Assembly (NCBI GenBank): GCA_046052005.1 | Contig: JBJONC010000002.1 | Span: 7,018 to 71,017 of the forward strand | Length of the DNA stretch: 64,000 nt | From: Actinomycetota bacterium | Lineage (GTDB): Bacteria; Actinomycetota; Actinomycetes; Nanopelagicales; Nanopelagicaceae | Reading direction: 5' to 3' | Shown here: one piece after another, positions 42,300 to 51,357 of the stretch | How positions within the stretch are numbered: position 1 is the stretch's first letter | Layout of the letters: every line of letters starts with the position of its first letter | Program-made: the position numbers and the translations under genes | Notes under the pieces: model-generated | The model's database searches: none | What the model saw: only the letters and a program-made list of their open reading frames with translations | What the model was told of the DNA's origin: nothing

Positions 42300-43166
42300 A
42301 TGACAGAGAAGCAAAGCTCTGCGTGGTCGCCAAGCTCACGTGAAATTCAACGCCGTAAGTCTCGGCGTGCGATAAGCCGCAAGCAAGCAGGTATTGCTGC
42401 GGCTTCTTCCATTTTGGTTTTGGGAACATTGTTTGCAATTCTTGTAACCAGCCCAGGTTGGGAGACGGTTAAAACAACCTTTTTTGATGTCGAATATGGC
42501 AAAGAGGTTTTTCCAACAGTTGTTAAGGGTTTATGGATCAATCTCCAGCTCACATTTATTGGGGGAGCAGCCATTGGAGTAATTGCCTTAGGCCTTGCGC
42601 TAATGCGCACAACGAAATCTCCAGCACTTACCCCATTTAGATTTTTGGCTACCGCCTACGTTGATATTTTCCGAGGCGCACCACTGATCTTGATTATTTT
42701 GTTGGTTGGCTTTGGAGTTCCCGCCTTAGGTTTGCGTGGAGTATCGAGCAATGTAATTTTCTTGGGCACTGTTGCTGTTGTTCTTACTTACTCTGCCTAT
42801 GTAGCCGAAGTTATTCGAAGTGGAATTCTTTCAATCCATCCAAGTCAGCGCGCAGCAGCTAGATCTCTAGGATTAACTTCTGGGCAGACAATGCGCTTTG
42901 TTGTACTTCCTCAGGCTATTCGCCGGGTTGTTCCACCACTGCTCAACGACTTTGTTTCGCTGTTAAAAGACACTGGTTTGGTATCAATCTTGGGAGTAAC
43001 AGATGCGGTTCGAGCAGCTCAAATCAATGCCAGCCGCACATTTAATTACACTCCTTACGTTGTAGCGGCGATCATGTTCTTGCTCATCACTATTCCGATG
43101 ACCCGTTACACAGACCGAGCAATCAGACAACGCACCAGTGCTCAGAACTCTGAAGGTGCTATCTAA
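42300..43166 (+). CDS. Polar amino acid ABC transporter permease
   Basis: FRGAP, SAYVAEVIRSG, LPQAIRRVVPPL, LLKDT. Confidence 0.93.
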   Translation: MTEKQSSAWSPSSREIQRRKSRRAISRKQAGIAAASSILVLGTLFAILVTSPGWETVKTTFFDVEYGKEVFPTVVKGLWINLQLTFIGGAAIGVIALGLALMRTTKSPALTPFRFLATAYVDIFRGAPLILIILLVGFGVPALGLRGVSSNVIFLGTVAVVLTYSAYVAEVIRSGILSIHPSQRAAARSLGLTSGQTMRFVVLPQAIRRVVPPLLNDFVSLLKDTGLVSILGVTDAVRAAQINASRTFNYTPYVVAAIMFLLITIPMTRYTDRAIRQRTSAQNSEGAI

Positions 43167-43912
43167 TGAGCAATGTTCTAGAGCTAATCAATATTCGTAA
43201 ATCATTTGGCGCAGAGTTAGTTCTTAACAATCTTTCGCTGACCGTGCCAGAGCACACCGCTACGGTTTTGATCGGTGCATCTGGTTCTGGAAAATCAACC
43301 TTGCTACGTTGCATCAACTTGCTTGAATCAATTGATGATGGACAGATTTTCTTAGATGGTAAAGAAATCTCTGATCCACATGTAAATGTTGATGAGGTTC
43401 GCCGTCGCTTAGGAATGGTTTTCCAATCCTTCAATTTGTTCCCACACAAAACAGTTTTAGAAAACATCACGCTTTCGCCCATCAAGGTTCATGGCAAGAG
43501 TAAAGATGAGGCAAATTCGCATGCGATGCATCTGTTGAAGCGTTTTGATTTGGCGGATAAAGCAGATCAATACCCAGATCGTCTTAGTGGTGGCCAACAG
43601 CAGCGTGTAGCAATTATCAGATCATTAGCGGTTAGCCCACGTTTGTTGCTGCTGGATGAAGTTACTTCCGCGCTAGATCCAGTCTTGGTTAATGAAGTTC
43701 TCAGTGCGGTACGTGATCTCAAGAGTGATGGAATGACAATGGTTCTAGCAACTCATGAAATGGGCTTTGCAACGCAGGTAGCAGATGAAGTGTGTTTTCT
43801 TGAATCCGGCAACATTGTTGAGCGGGGAACCGCTGAGCAGGTATTGCATAACCCTCAGAATCCAAAGACCCAGGAGTTCCTAAAGCGGGTTCACCAAGCT
43901 GGTCGGTTGTAA
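43166..43912 (+). CDS. Polar amino acid ABC transporter ATPase
   Basis: GASGSGKST, LSGGQQQR, LLDEVTSALDP. Confidence 0.95.
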   Translation: MSNVLELINIRKSFGAELVLNNLSLTVPEHTATVLIGASGSGKSTLLRCINLLESIDDGQIFLDGKEISDPHVNVDEVRRRLGMVFQSFNLFPHKTVLENITLSPIKVHGKSKDEANSHAMHLLKRFDLADKADQYPDRLSGGQQQRVAIIRSLAVSPRLLLLDEVTSALDPVLVNEVLSAVRDLKSDGMTMVLATHEMGFATQVADEVCFLESGNIVERGTAEQVLHNPQNPKTQEFLKRVHQAGRL

Positions 43913-43922
43913 CATCAGCGGT

Positions 43923-44987
43923 ATGAGCGCATTTAATCAACGAATTCAGCCACTTCGCGATCTAATGAAAGCTAAGGGCCTTGATGCCTTTGTATTGCGC
44001 CGCAATCCAAATCTTGCCTGGGCAATCGCTGGTCGTGCACACGTTCCAACAACAATTGATATGGCCTGCTTTGATTTAATCATCACCCAAGATGATGCAA
44101 CTGCAGTCACAAATGTTGTAGAAGCACCTCGTTTAATAGCAGAAGAGTTGCCAACTGAAGTTAGCGTGAAAACCATTAAGTGGTCCGAAGGACGTGATCC
44201 GCTTCTACCAACGGGAGCAAAGGTAGGAAGTGATCAACCTGGAGCAGATCGCATTGATCTAGGTGTCGACGTTGAAATGATTCGAGCTTCATTAATTGAT
44301 TCCGATTTGGCACGCTTCAAAGAAATCTGCGTTGATGCAGCTGTTGCATTAGGCAATGCGATGAAGCAGGTTGAAAGTACGGATCGCGAAATTGATGTTG
44401 CAGGGTTGATCACTCATTCGTTGTGGCAGGCAGATCTTGAAATCGCTTTCTTGGGAGTCGCCGGCGACGAGCGTGTTCACAAATTTAGACATCCTTTGCC
44501 AACCGATGCCGTTGTAGGCAATCGCGTGTCTGCTTCAATTTGTGCAAAGCGAAAGGGTCTTATTGCGTCAGTTACGCGAATCGTTACCTTTGGTTCGGTT
44601 ACAGATCAGATGGTTTCGGATTACACATCGATTTTTAAAGTGGAAGCGGCCTTGCTAGATGCAACAGTTGTGGGTCAGCCATTCTCAGATCCGATTAACG
44701 CAGCGATCGCTGCCTACCCAGCCAACGGTTTTGATGCTGATGAGTGGACCAAGCACCACCAAGGCGGCCCAACAGGCTTCCTGCCTCGGGATTGGCCAGC
44801 AAACCAGGGGAGCGCACGCCTGATTGCTGAGAACCAGCCGATAGCCTGGAACCCAACAGGCAAGGGTTGGAAGGCCGAGGACACCATCGTGGCGACCAGC
44901 TCAGGCGTACAGCTGCTCTCACAGGACCCAGATTGGCCCACATTTGAGGTCAATGGTCGGACCAGAGCTTTCCTGCTCCAGAAATAG
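43923..44987 (+). CDS. M24/creatinase-fold hydrolase, atypical active site
   Basis: Creatinase-like N-domain; FRHP, GLIASVTR, HHQGG, WNP, KAEDT. Confidence 0.75.
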   Translation: MSAFNQRIQPLRDLMKAKGLDAFVLRRNPNLAWAIAGRAHVPTTIDMACFDLIITQDDATAVTNVVEAPRLIAEELPTEVSVKTIKWSEGRDPLLPTGAKVGSDQPGADRIDLGVDVEMIRASLIDSDLARFKEICVDAAVALGNAMKQVESTDREIDVAGLITHSLWQADLEIAFLGVAGDERVHKFRHPLPTDAVVGNRVSASICAKRKGLIASVTRIVTFGSVTDQMVSDYTSIFKVEAALLDATVVGQPFSDPINAAIAAYPANGFDADEWTKHHQGGPTGFLPRDWPANQGSARLIAENQPIAWNPTGKGWKAEDTIVATSSGVQLLSQDPDWPTFEVNGRTRAFLLQK

Positions 44988-45066
44988 CCAGCATCACAGT
45001 CGTATAACGAAGCGCAAAAACGCCTATTTGCCATTGACTCGCACCTAATCCAATGGCACGCTCTGC

Positions 45067-45085
45067 CCAGAGGTCTTACCACTGG
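45067..45085. promoter_or_regulatory. Putative FadR/GntR operator downstream of a TTGACT(45034)-N17-CACGCT promoter
   Basis: Near-palindrome CCAGAGGT-CTT-ACCACTGG; core repeated at 53348 and 53421. Confidence 0.65.
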
Positions 45086-45092
45086 AGGTTTT

Positions 45093-46493
45093 ATGAGCAC
45101 CGTTGCTCTTGTCGCGTTAGCGCGCCCTACCTTTGACCTGACCTGCGCCCAAGCCAACTTTGATTCAGCTCGTGCTTTGCTGACCGAGCTAGGCGCAACA
45201 GTTGTAGGCCCAGCAGAACTAGTGATGACAGTTGAAGATGTTGCAGCGGTCACATTGCCACCAGCTGATCTTCATATTTTATTTATGGCCTCATTCTCCG
45301 ATGCATCACCAGCGGTAGAGCTTCTTGGAAAAGTTAAGGGCCCTGTACTTGGTTGGTCTATGCGCGAACCTGGTGAAGTTGGCGAACGTTTGAAGTTGAA
45401 TTCAATGTGCGGCGTAAACCTTGCTGCACACGCATTAATGAATGTCGGCCAATCAATTCGTCACATTCATGGAAACGCTGATGAACCACAAGTACGAAGT
45501 GCAATCAAAGATGCGCTCGCAGGAAAGTTGCCAGAAGCAACAACTCCAGAAAACATTACAGGTGAACTTGGTTCTGAAGCAGATGCACAAAAAGCATTTG
45601 ACTGGATGAAGGGCAAGAAGATTGGCGCGGTTGGAGATGCACCAATTGGTTTCACGCCATGTGTTTATGATGCGCAGCAAATCCGTTCACTCTTTGGTTT
45701 AGATATTCGTCAAATCACAATTGATGATGCCTTTGGAAAAATCTCAGAGGTAAAGGAAGAAGCACGCGATCTTGCTTATGCAAACGCAGTTGCTGCTCAA
45801 CCATCACTTGCATCGGTAAATGTTGATGAAGCAAAAAAGGTTTACGGCGTCGAGGTTGCACTAGATAAGTGGCGCGAAGATGAGTTACTTGACGCAATTG
45901 CAATTCGTTGCTGGCCAGAGTTCCCCACAGATATGGGAGCCTGTATTTGTTCATCTTTGGGTCGTCTTGCAGATCGTGGAACCGTAACAACATGCGAACG
46001 CGATGTTTTAGGCGCAGTAACAATGATGATGTGCGAAGCACTTGGATCTGACGAAAACTACTTGGTGGATATCGTTGACCTAGATGCATCACAAGGTTTA
46101 GTGCGTTTGTGGCACTGTGGATCTGCAGCAACAAAGCTCGCAGCTGATCCAAAGAACGCAACGCAAACAACTCACTGCAACCGCAAATTAGGCGTTGCAG
46201 GTAATTTTCCGCTCAAGACCGGACCAGTAACGCTGTTCCGTATTGATCGGGATGTAGATCCGAGCAATCGCACGGGTTTACGCATGGTTGTGAGCCGAGG
46301 GGAATCAATCCCAGCTCCCAATCACTTCCAAGGCAATACAGCAACGGTCATCACTCAACCTGATGCCGCTGCATTAGTGAATGGAATAGTCACTGGCGGA
46401 TACCCGCATCATTTGGTCATCTCGTGGATCGATGTGCGACCAGGTATTCGTCAAATGGCAAAGATGTTAGGGATACCCCTCACAGAATGGTAA
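45093..46493 (+). CDS. L-fucose/L-arabinose isomerase family protein; probable sulfoquinovose isomerase (SqvD/SftI type)
   Basis: LNSMCG, AIRCWPEF, CERDV, LWHCG, YPHH motifs; SQ function inferred from context. Confidence 0.75.
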   Translation: MSTVALVALARPTFDLTCAQANFDSARALLTELGATVVGPAELVMTVEDVAAVTLPPADLHILFMASFSDASPAVELLGKVKGPVLGWSMREPGEVGERLKLNSMCGVNLAAHALMNVGQSIRHIHGNADEPQVRSAIKDALAGKLPEATTPENITGELGSEADAQKAFDWMKGKKIGAVGDAPIGFTPCVYDAQQIRSLFGLDIRQITIDDAFGKISEVKEEARDLAYANAVAAQPSLASVNVDEAKKVYGVEVALDKWREDELLDAIAIRCWPEFPTDMGACICSSLGRLADRGTVTTCERDVLGAVTMMMCEALGSDENYLVDIVDLDASQGLVRLWHCGSAATKLAADPKNATQTTHCNRKLGVAGNFPLKTGPVTLFRIDRDVDPSNRTGLRMVVSRGESIPAPNHFQGNTATVITQPDAAALVNGIVTGGYPHHLVISWIDVRPGIRQMAKMLGIPLTEW

Positions 46494-46526
46494 ACACCAA
46501 TCAAACCCTCGAAAGCAAGGATAAAA

Positions 46527-47978
46527 ATGAAAACTAAAGGACACAAAGCCTTTGCTTCACTCCGTGCTGGTGTAGTTGCAACAGTTGCTGCGGCACTTGT
46601 TATCACTCCACTTGCAGTTGCAAACTCAGCCGAAGTTCCAACATTCGGTAAGAAGTGCACAACAGAAGGTGTAAGTACAGGACAGAAGACAACATCATTA
46701 ATTTGTACTGAAGGTTCAAATGGAAAGCTAACTTGGCAGCGCGTTCGCCTAGGTTCTGCAAATGCACAGCCAGTAGCAACCTCAACACCACCAAAGGGAT
46801 CAATCGAATTCCACCACTGGCGTCCAGAGGACAAGGTAGTTCTACAAGGAATAATCGATAAGTACGAAGCTAAGTACCCAGGAACAAAGATCAACCAGGT
46901 CATCATGACTTCAGTTGATTACACCAACTTGGCATATGCAAAGATCAGCCAAAATAAGAAGGCTGCAGTCTTCGTAACAAGCCGCGGTGGACAGTTCAAT
47001 CAGTTCTTCGCAGGTGGAATGCTTGCTGATCTTTCAAACCAGCGCTTCATGCGTCAAAACGTTATTGCATCAGCATTAACACCAGGAACTGTTGGTGGAA
47101 AGGTCTACGGACTTCCATACCAGTCACTATTTAACAACCCTCTATACAACGCAGAGCTTTTCGCAAAGCAGGGCTGGAAGGTTCCAACAACTTGGAGCCA
47201 GACACTAGCGTTCTGTAAGACAGCTAAGGCTGCAGGGTTTATCCCATTCGCATGGCCAGGTGCGACCCGCGGTAACGCAGGTCAGATCATCAACTCATTC
47301 TTGATGAACTCAGCACCAGATCTAGCGACATTGACTGAAAGAATCGCAGCAATCGACACAGGCAAGGCAGATCTAACAGCTCCTTGGTTTGTTGAAATTG
47401 CTAACAAGTACAAGGCAATGGCAGATGCGGGTTGCTTCCCAGCAAACCCAACTGGCTACAACGACACCGTTGCACCAGCTGACTTTGCTTCTGGTAAGGC
47501 TGCAATTTATCCAACTGGAACATTCGGTATGAGCACAGTTACAAAGCTCAACCCAGCAATGTCAGGAAAGATGAAGATGATGTCACTTATTACAACTGAC
47601 TCAAAGCCTTTGTACCAGGGCATTACTAACAACACATTTATCTTGAGCGTAAATGCAAAGGCATCTGCAACAGATCAACGCATTGCTGCATCATTTATCT
47701 CATTCTTGGCACAAGCTGAGAACGCTCAGGCATACGCTGTAGGAACATCACAGCACGTATCAATCATCAACGTTGACTACGCAGCTAACGTTGATCTATT
47801 GAATACATCTGACATCATGGGTAAGAAGCTTCTACTAGCACCACGCTTCTTGTTCAACAACGTCAATAACGTACGTAACCCACTTGAAGATGCATTGATT
47901 GCAATCACAGGCGGAGCAGACGTTACAAAGACTCTGACAGATACATCAAAGATCATCAAGCAGGGTCTTTCTTCCTAA
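46527..47978 (+). CDS. Carbohydrate ABC substrate-binding protein (probable SQ/SQ-glycoside), non-lipoprotein, with small Cys-pair N-terminal domain
   Basis: Sec-type signal, no lipobox; GKVYGLPY...YNAELFAKQGWKVPTTW SBP_bac_1 signature. Confidence 0.85.
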   Translation: MKTKGHKAFASLRAGVVATVAAALVITPLAVANSAEVPTFGKKCTTEGVSTGQKTTSLICTEGSNGKLTWQRVRLGSANAQPVATSTPPKGSIEFHHWRPEDKVVLQGIIDKYEAKYPGTKINQVIMTSVDYTNLAYAKISQNKKAAVFVTSRGGQFNQFFAGGMLADLSNQRFMRQNVIASALTPGTVGGKVYGLPYQSLFNNPLYNAELFAKQGWKVPTTWSQTLAFCKTAKAAGFIPFAWPGATRGNAGQIINSFLMNSAPDLATLTERIAAIDTGKADLTAPWFVEIANKYKAMADAGCFPANPTGYNDTVAPADFASGKAAIYPTGTFGMSTVTKLNPAMSGKMKMMSLITTDSKPLYQGITNNTFILSVNAKASATDQRIAASFISFLAQAENAQAYAVGTSQHVSIINVDYAANVDLLNTSDIMGKKLLLAPRFLFNNVNNVRNPLEDALIAITGGADVTKTLTDTSKIIKQGLSS

Positions 47979-48012
47979 GGAGTAAACAGTTAGCTCTCTA
48001 ACTCGTATCCAG

Positions 48013-48042
48013 GGCACCCTTGCCAAGCGTGGCAAGGGTGCC
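48013..48042 (+). other. 13-bp perfect stem-loop between SBP and permease
   Basis: GGCACCCTTGCCA-AGCG-TGGCAAGGGTGCC; no U tail. Confidence 0.75.
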
Positions 48043-48093
48043 TCTGGTGCGCCTCAAAAAAGAAAGCCGAGAGATTCAAAAATTCTCTGGCTT

Positions 48094-48942
48094 ATGGCGG
48101 CACCAGCTTTTGCGATCTATTCATTTCTATATTTGTACCCAGCTATTTCAAACTTGCTCTACGCAATGCAGCGTTGGGATGGCGTTACCACCCCTGAATT
48201 CGTTGGTTTAAAGAACTTTCAAAACCTTCTAACCAATGACGATCTGTTTTTTAAGATCCTCGGCAATAACGTCCGCTTTTCACTTATTGTGGTAATTTTC
48301 CAAACTGGTTTTGCGCTTTTGTTCGCTACCTTCTTATTGAAGAATACAAAAACCAATATCTTTCTGCGCACCGTTTACTTTTTCCCAACGATTCTGTCAT
48401 CTGTTTCAGTTGGATTGATTTGGACTTTCTTATACGACCCAAATTATGGGTTTATTAATGCAACACTCAAGGCGATTGGTCTCGATAGTCTCGCACTGAA
48501 TTGGCTTGGGGATTCTCGTTATTCCTTGTATGCCGTTGCCGTCACTCAGGTCTGGTTCCACACCGGACAGATGGTTGTTATCTATGTTGCAGGTCTACAA
48601 CAGATTCCTGCGGAGCTTTATGAAGCAGCCGAGGTTGATGGTGCCTCTCGCTGGCAGCAATTCAAGAGCGTCACCTGGCCAATGGCACTTCCAACAACGG
48701 CGGTCGTGGTTGCCTATACAACGATTCAGACTTTCCGTGCATTCGATTTGATTTATGCAATGACACAAGGCGGACCTCTGAACTCTTCCGATTTGCTCGT
48801 CACAATGGTCTTTAACACCGCGTTTGTCGGATACAAGTTTGGATATGCAGCGACTCAGACGATTTTCCTTGTTTTGCTCGTATTGCTAGTTACATGGTTA
48901 CAACGCCGTGTCTTGCGAATTGACGATGGGACTAAAAAGTGA
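48094..48942 (+). CDS. Carbohydrate ABC permease (MalF-like); true start may lie upstream
   Basis: FVGLKNF, LYEAAEVDGA (EAA loop), TQGGP. Confidence 0.92.
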   Translation: MAAPAFAIYSFLYLYPAISNLLYAMQRWDGVTTPEFVGLKNFQNLLTNDDLFFKILGNNVRFSLIVVIFQTGFALLFATFLLKNTKTNIFLRTVYFFPTILSSVSVGLIWTFLYDPNYGFINATLKAIGLDSLALNWLGDSRYSLYAVAVTQVWFHTGQMVVIYVAGLQQIPAELYEAAEVDGASRWQQFKSVTWPMALPTTAVVVAYTTIQTFRAFDLIYAMTQGGPLNSSDLLVTMVFNTAFVGYKFGYAATQTIFLVLLVLLVTWLQRRVLRIDDGTKK

Positions 48943-49754
48943 TTTACAAGATATTTAAAAACACATTGCTGACGATTTTTGCAGCAGCGGTATTAGTCCC
49001 AAGTTCAATTGTTGTTCTCGGTTCTTTCAAGAAGGATGTTGAGATTTACACCAAGCCTTTGGCATTGCCTGAGACCTGGAATCTAGATAACTTCCGAACC
49101 CTGATTGAATCTGGCAGCGTATTGACTCCATTCAAGAACTCAGTGATCGTCGCTGTTTTTTCAGTGTTTTTCACTATTCTCTTTGCAAGCCTTGTCGCAT
49201 ATGCGATTGCTCGTTCTATAACAATTTCAGGAAAGATCCTCTTCGGCTTGTTTGCATTGGGTCTTGCTATTCCAGGTCAAGTAAACATTATTCCGATATT
49301 TACTTTGTTTACTAAGCTTGGTTTGAATAATTCGCTTTTGGGTCTGGTATTGGTCAATATTGCATTGACTTTGCCAATCTCGGTCTTCATTATTTCCGCT
49401 TTCTTCAGGGATCTTCCGAAGGAAATGTTCGAAGTTGCAAGCATTGATGGTGCCAACCATTGGCGTGTCTACCGTTCAATTGCAATGCCACTGGCACGTC
49501 CAGCTATTGGCGCAACTTCAATCTTCCTTTTTGTGATTTGTTGGAATGATCTCTTGTACCCACTAATGCTGATTAATGAATTGGATAAGAAAACTCTGCC
49601 TCTCACTCTCATTGATTATCGAGGAGAGTTTGCAACCAGTTATTCAATGCTATTCACAGCAATCTTATTTGCATCGATTCCAATGGTGCTTATGTATGTA
49701 TTCGCACAGCGCTCATTTATTGCTGGTTTAACTGCAGGCGCGGTTAAGGGGTAG
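48939..49754 (+). CDS. Carbohydrate ABC permease (MalG-like)
   Basis: EVASIDGA, WNDLLYPL, GLTAGAVKG. Confidence 0.93.
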   Translation: MIYKIFKNTLLTIFAAAVLVPSSIVVLGSFKKDVEIYTKPLALPETWNLDNFRTLIESGSVLTPFKNSVIVAVFSVFFTILFASLVAYAIARSITISGKILFGLFALGLAIPGQVNIIPIFTLFTKLGLNNSLLGLVLVNIALTLPISVFIISAFFRDLPKEMFEVASIDGANHWRVYRSIAMPLARPAIGATSIFLFVICWNDLLYPLMLINELDKKTLPLTLIDYRGEFATSYSMLFTAILFASIPMVLMYVFAQRSFIAGLTAGAVKG

Positions 49755-49756
49755 TC

Positions 49757-50470
49757 GTGAGTGCAATTACACAATTAGCACCACAACGTGCTGCTCGAAT
49801 CGCGACCCAGTTAATGGAGTTAATCGAACTTCAGAAACTCTCACCAGGGGATAAGTTGCCTCCTGAGCGCCAGCTTGCTGATTTACTTGAAGTAAGCCGT
49901 CCAAGTTTGCGCGAAGCTCTTCATATTCTGCAGGCGCAAGGTTTGGTGCAAATCAAACATGGACAAGGAACTTTTGTTCAAGAACCAGTAGTCGCTCAAG
50001 AGCTTCGTGCATCTGTAATGACGAAGACACATGGTTTAAACGAACTTTTTGATGCCCGTGAAGTTCTAGAAGTTCCCGCGTCGAAGTGGGCCGCTGAAAA
50101 GGCTTCAAAAGAGGATATTCGCTTATTGCGAGCAACCCTTAACCAGATTGACACAATTACTGCGATTGAGCCTATCGATTATGATCAATTGCAAGCCTTG
50201 GACGCTAAATTTCACTTAACAATTGTTGGAATCGCAGGTAACCGTTTTATTAATCAGACATTGAATGTTTTGCAGGATGTTATGAAAATGTCCATGGAAA
50301 CCACTTTACGTTTGCCAGGAAGATCTGAAATTTCACGTAATGAGCACAATGAAATTTTGGCAGCTATTGAGAGCGGAAATGGCGAATTAGCATCTAAGCT
50401 AACTCTTCAACACATAACTGGTGCACGTGCGACTGCTCTTGCGGATGCAAAGAAGAAAGAAAGCAATTGA
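49757..50470 (+). CDS. GntR/FadR family transcriptional regulator (FCD domain)
   Basis: LPPERQLADLLEVSRPSLREAL HTH; DAKFH...AGNRF...EHNEI. Confidence 0.95.
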   Translation: MSAITQLAPQRAARIATQLMELIELQKLSPGDKLPPERQLADLLEVSRPSLREALHILQAQGLVQIKHGQGTFVQEPVVAQELRASVMTKTHGLNELFDAREVLEVPASKWAAEKASKEDIRLLRATLNQIDTITAIEPIDYDQLQALDAKFHLTIVGIAGNRFINQTLNVLQDVMKMSMETTLRLPGRSEISRNEHNEILAAIESGNGELASKLTLQHITGARATALADAKKKESN

Positions 50471-51357
50471 GTTCTATTCAAGCCGTATGTGTTGGTGTAA
50501 TTACGATAGACACAATTGCCTTAGTTAATAAGTATCCAGGCGAAGATGAACGAGTTCTCGCCGAAGAAATTTCACGTGCAGGAGGGGGACCAGCTGCCGT
50601 TGCTGCAGTTGCCTTAAGTCGACTCGGTGTGAAGAGCGCAATTGTTGGAACCATTGGCGATGATGCAGATGGAAAAGAAGTCTTAAGGATATTTGCTCAA
50701 GAGGGTGTAGATACATCAGGTATTTCTATCGGCACGACTCCCACTGCAGGAAGTGTGATTGTTGCTTCTAAGGAACATAGCGCTCGAGCGATTAGTACTC
50801 GTCAACCAGTGGTTCAAGCCCCGATCAATGATGCAGCCAAAAAGTTAATTGCCGAGGCACAGTGGCTGCACGTCGATCATGTAGGCATCAAGCGTTTAGA
50901 TGAAATGGGTATTACGCGAGGCAAGGGACCACAAATTTCATTTGATGCAGGTTACGGCGTTGAAAGCTTTGATCCGATCGTAGTTGATTTATTTGTGCCA
51001 ACCGATCGACAAATGGCACTTCGCTATCCAGGGGTAGATCTTCCGGTTGCTCTCGAAAATGATTCAATGAAAGCTGGAAACACCGTTGTTGCTACCCAAG
51101 GATCAGCAGGTAGCGCTGGTTTTTCACCTGAAACAGGCCTAGTCACCGCACCTGGATTTAAGGTTGATGTAACAAGCACTTTAGGCGCAGGCGACGTTTT
51201 TCATGGAGCACTTGTAGCCCAGTTAATTCAGGGTCACTCATTACAAGAAGCCATGCGCCGTGCCAACGCTGTTGCTGCGCTTTCATGCCGCGGTCTTGAT
51301 GGTCAATCAAAGATTCCAACTACTACTGAACTCGATGCATACCTGGAGGCACACTGA
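50467..51357 (+). CDS. yihV: PfkB family kinase; probable sulfofructose kinase
   Basis: VCVG..TID...GGGPAAVAAVALSRLG resembles E. coli YihV GGGPAATAAVAAARLG; TLGAGDVFHGAL; adjacent to yihT. Confidence 0.75.
   Translation: MSSIQAVCVGVITIDTIALVNKYPGEDERVLAEEISRAGGGPAAVAAVALSRLGVKSAIVGTIGDDADGKEVLRIFAQEGVDTSGISIGTTPTAGSVIVASKEHSARAISTRQPVVQAPINDAAKKLIAEAQWLHVDHVGIKRLDEMGITRGKGPQISFDAGYGVESFDPIVVDLFVPTDRQMALRYPGVDLPVALENDSMKAGNTVVATQGSAGSAGFSPETGLVTAPGFKVDVTSTLGAGDVFHGALVAQLIQGHSLQEAMRRANAVAALSCRGLDGQSKIPTTTELDAYLEAH

Noticed and set aside
45029-45058. 8-bp inverted repeat TGCCATTG...CAATGGCA spanning the isomerase promoter
   Set aside because: Single occurrence, 14-nt spacer and no U tail; cannot be distinguished from chance
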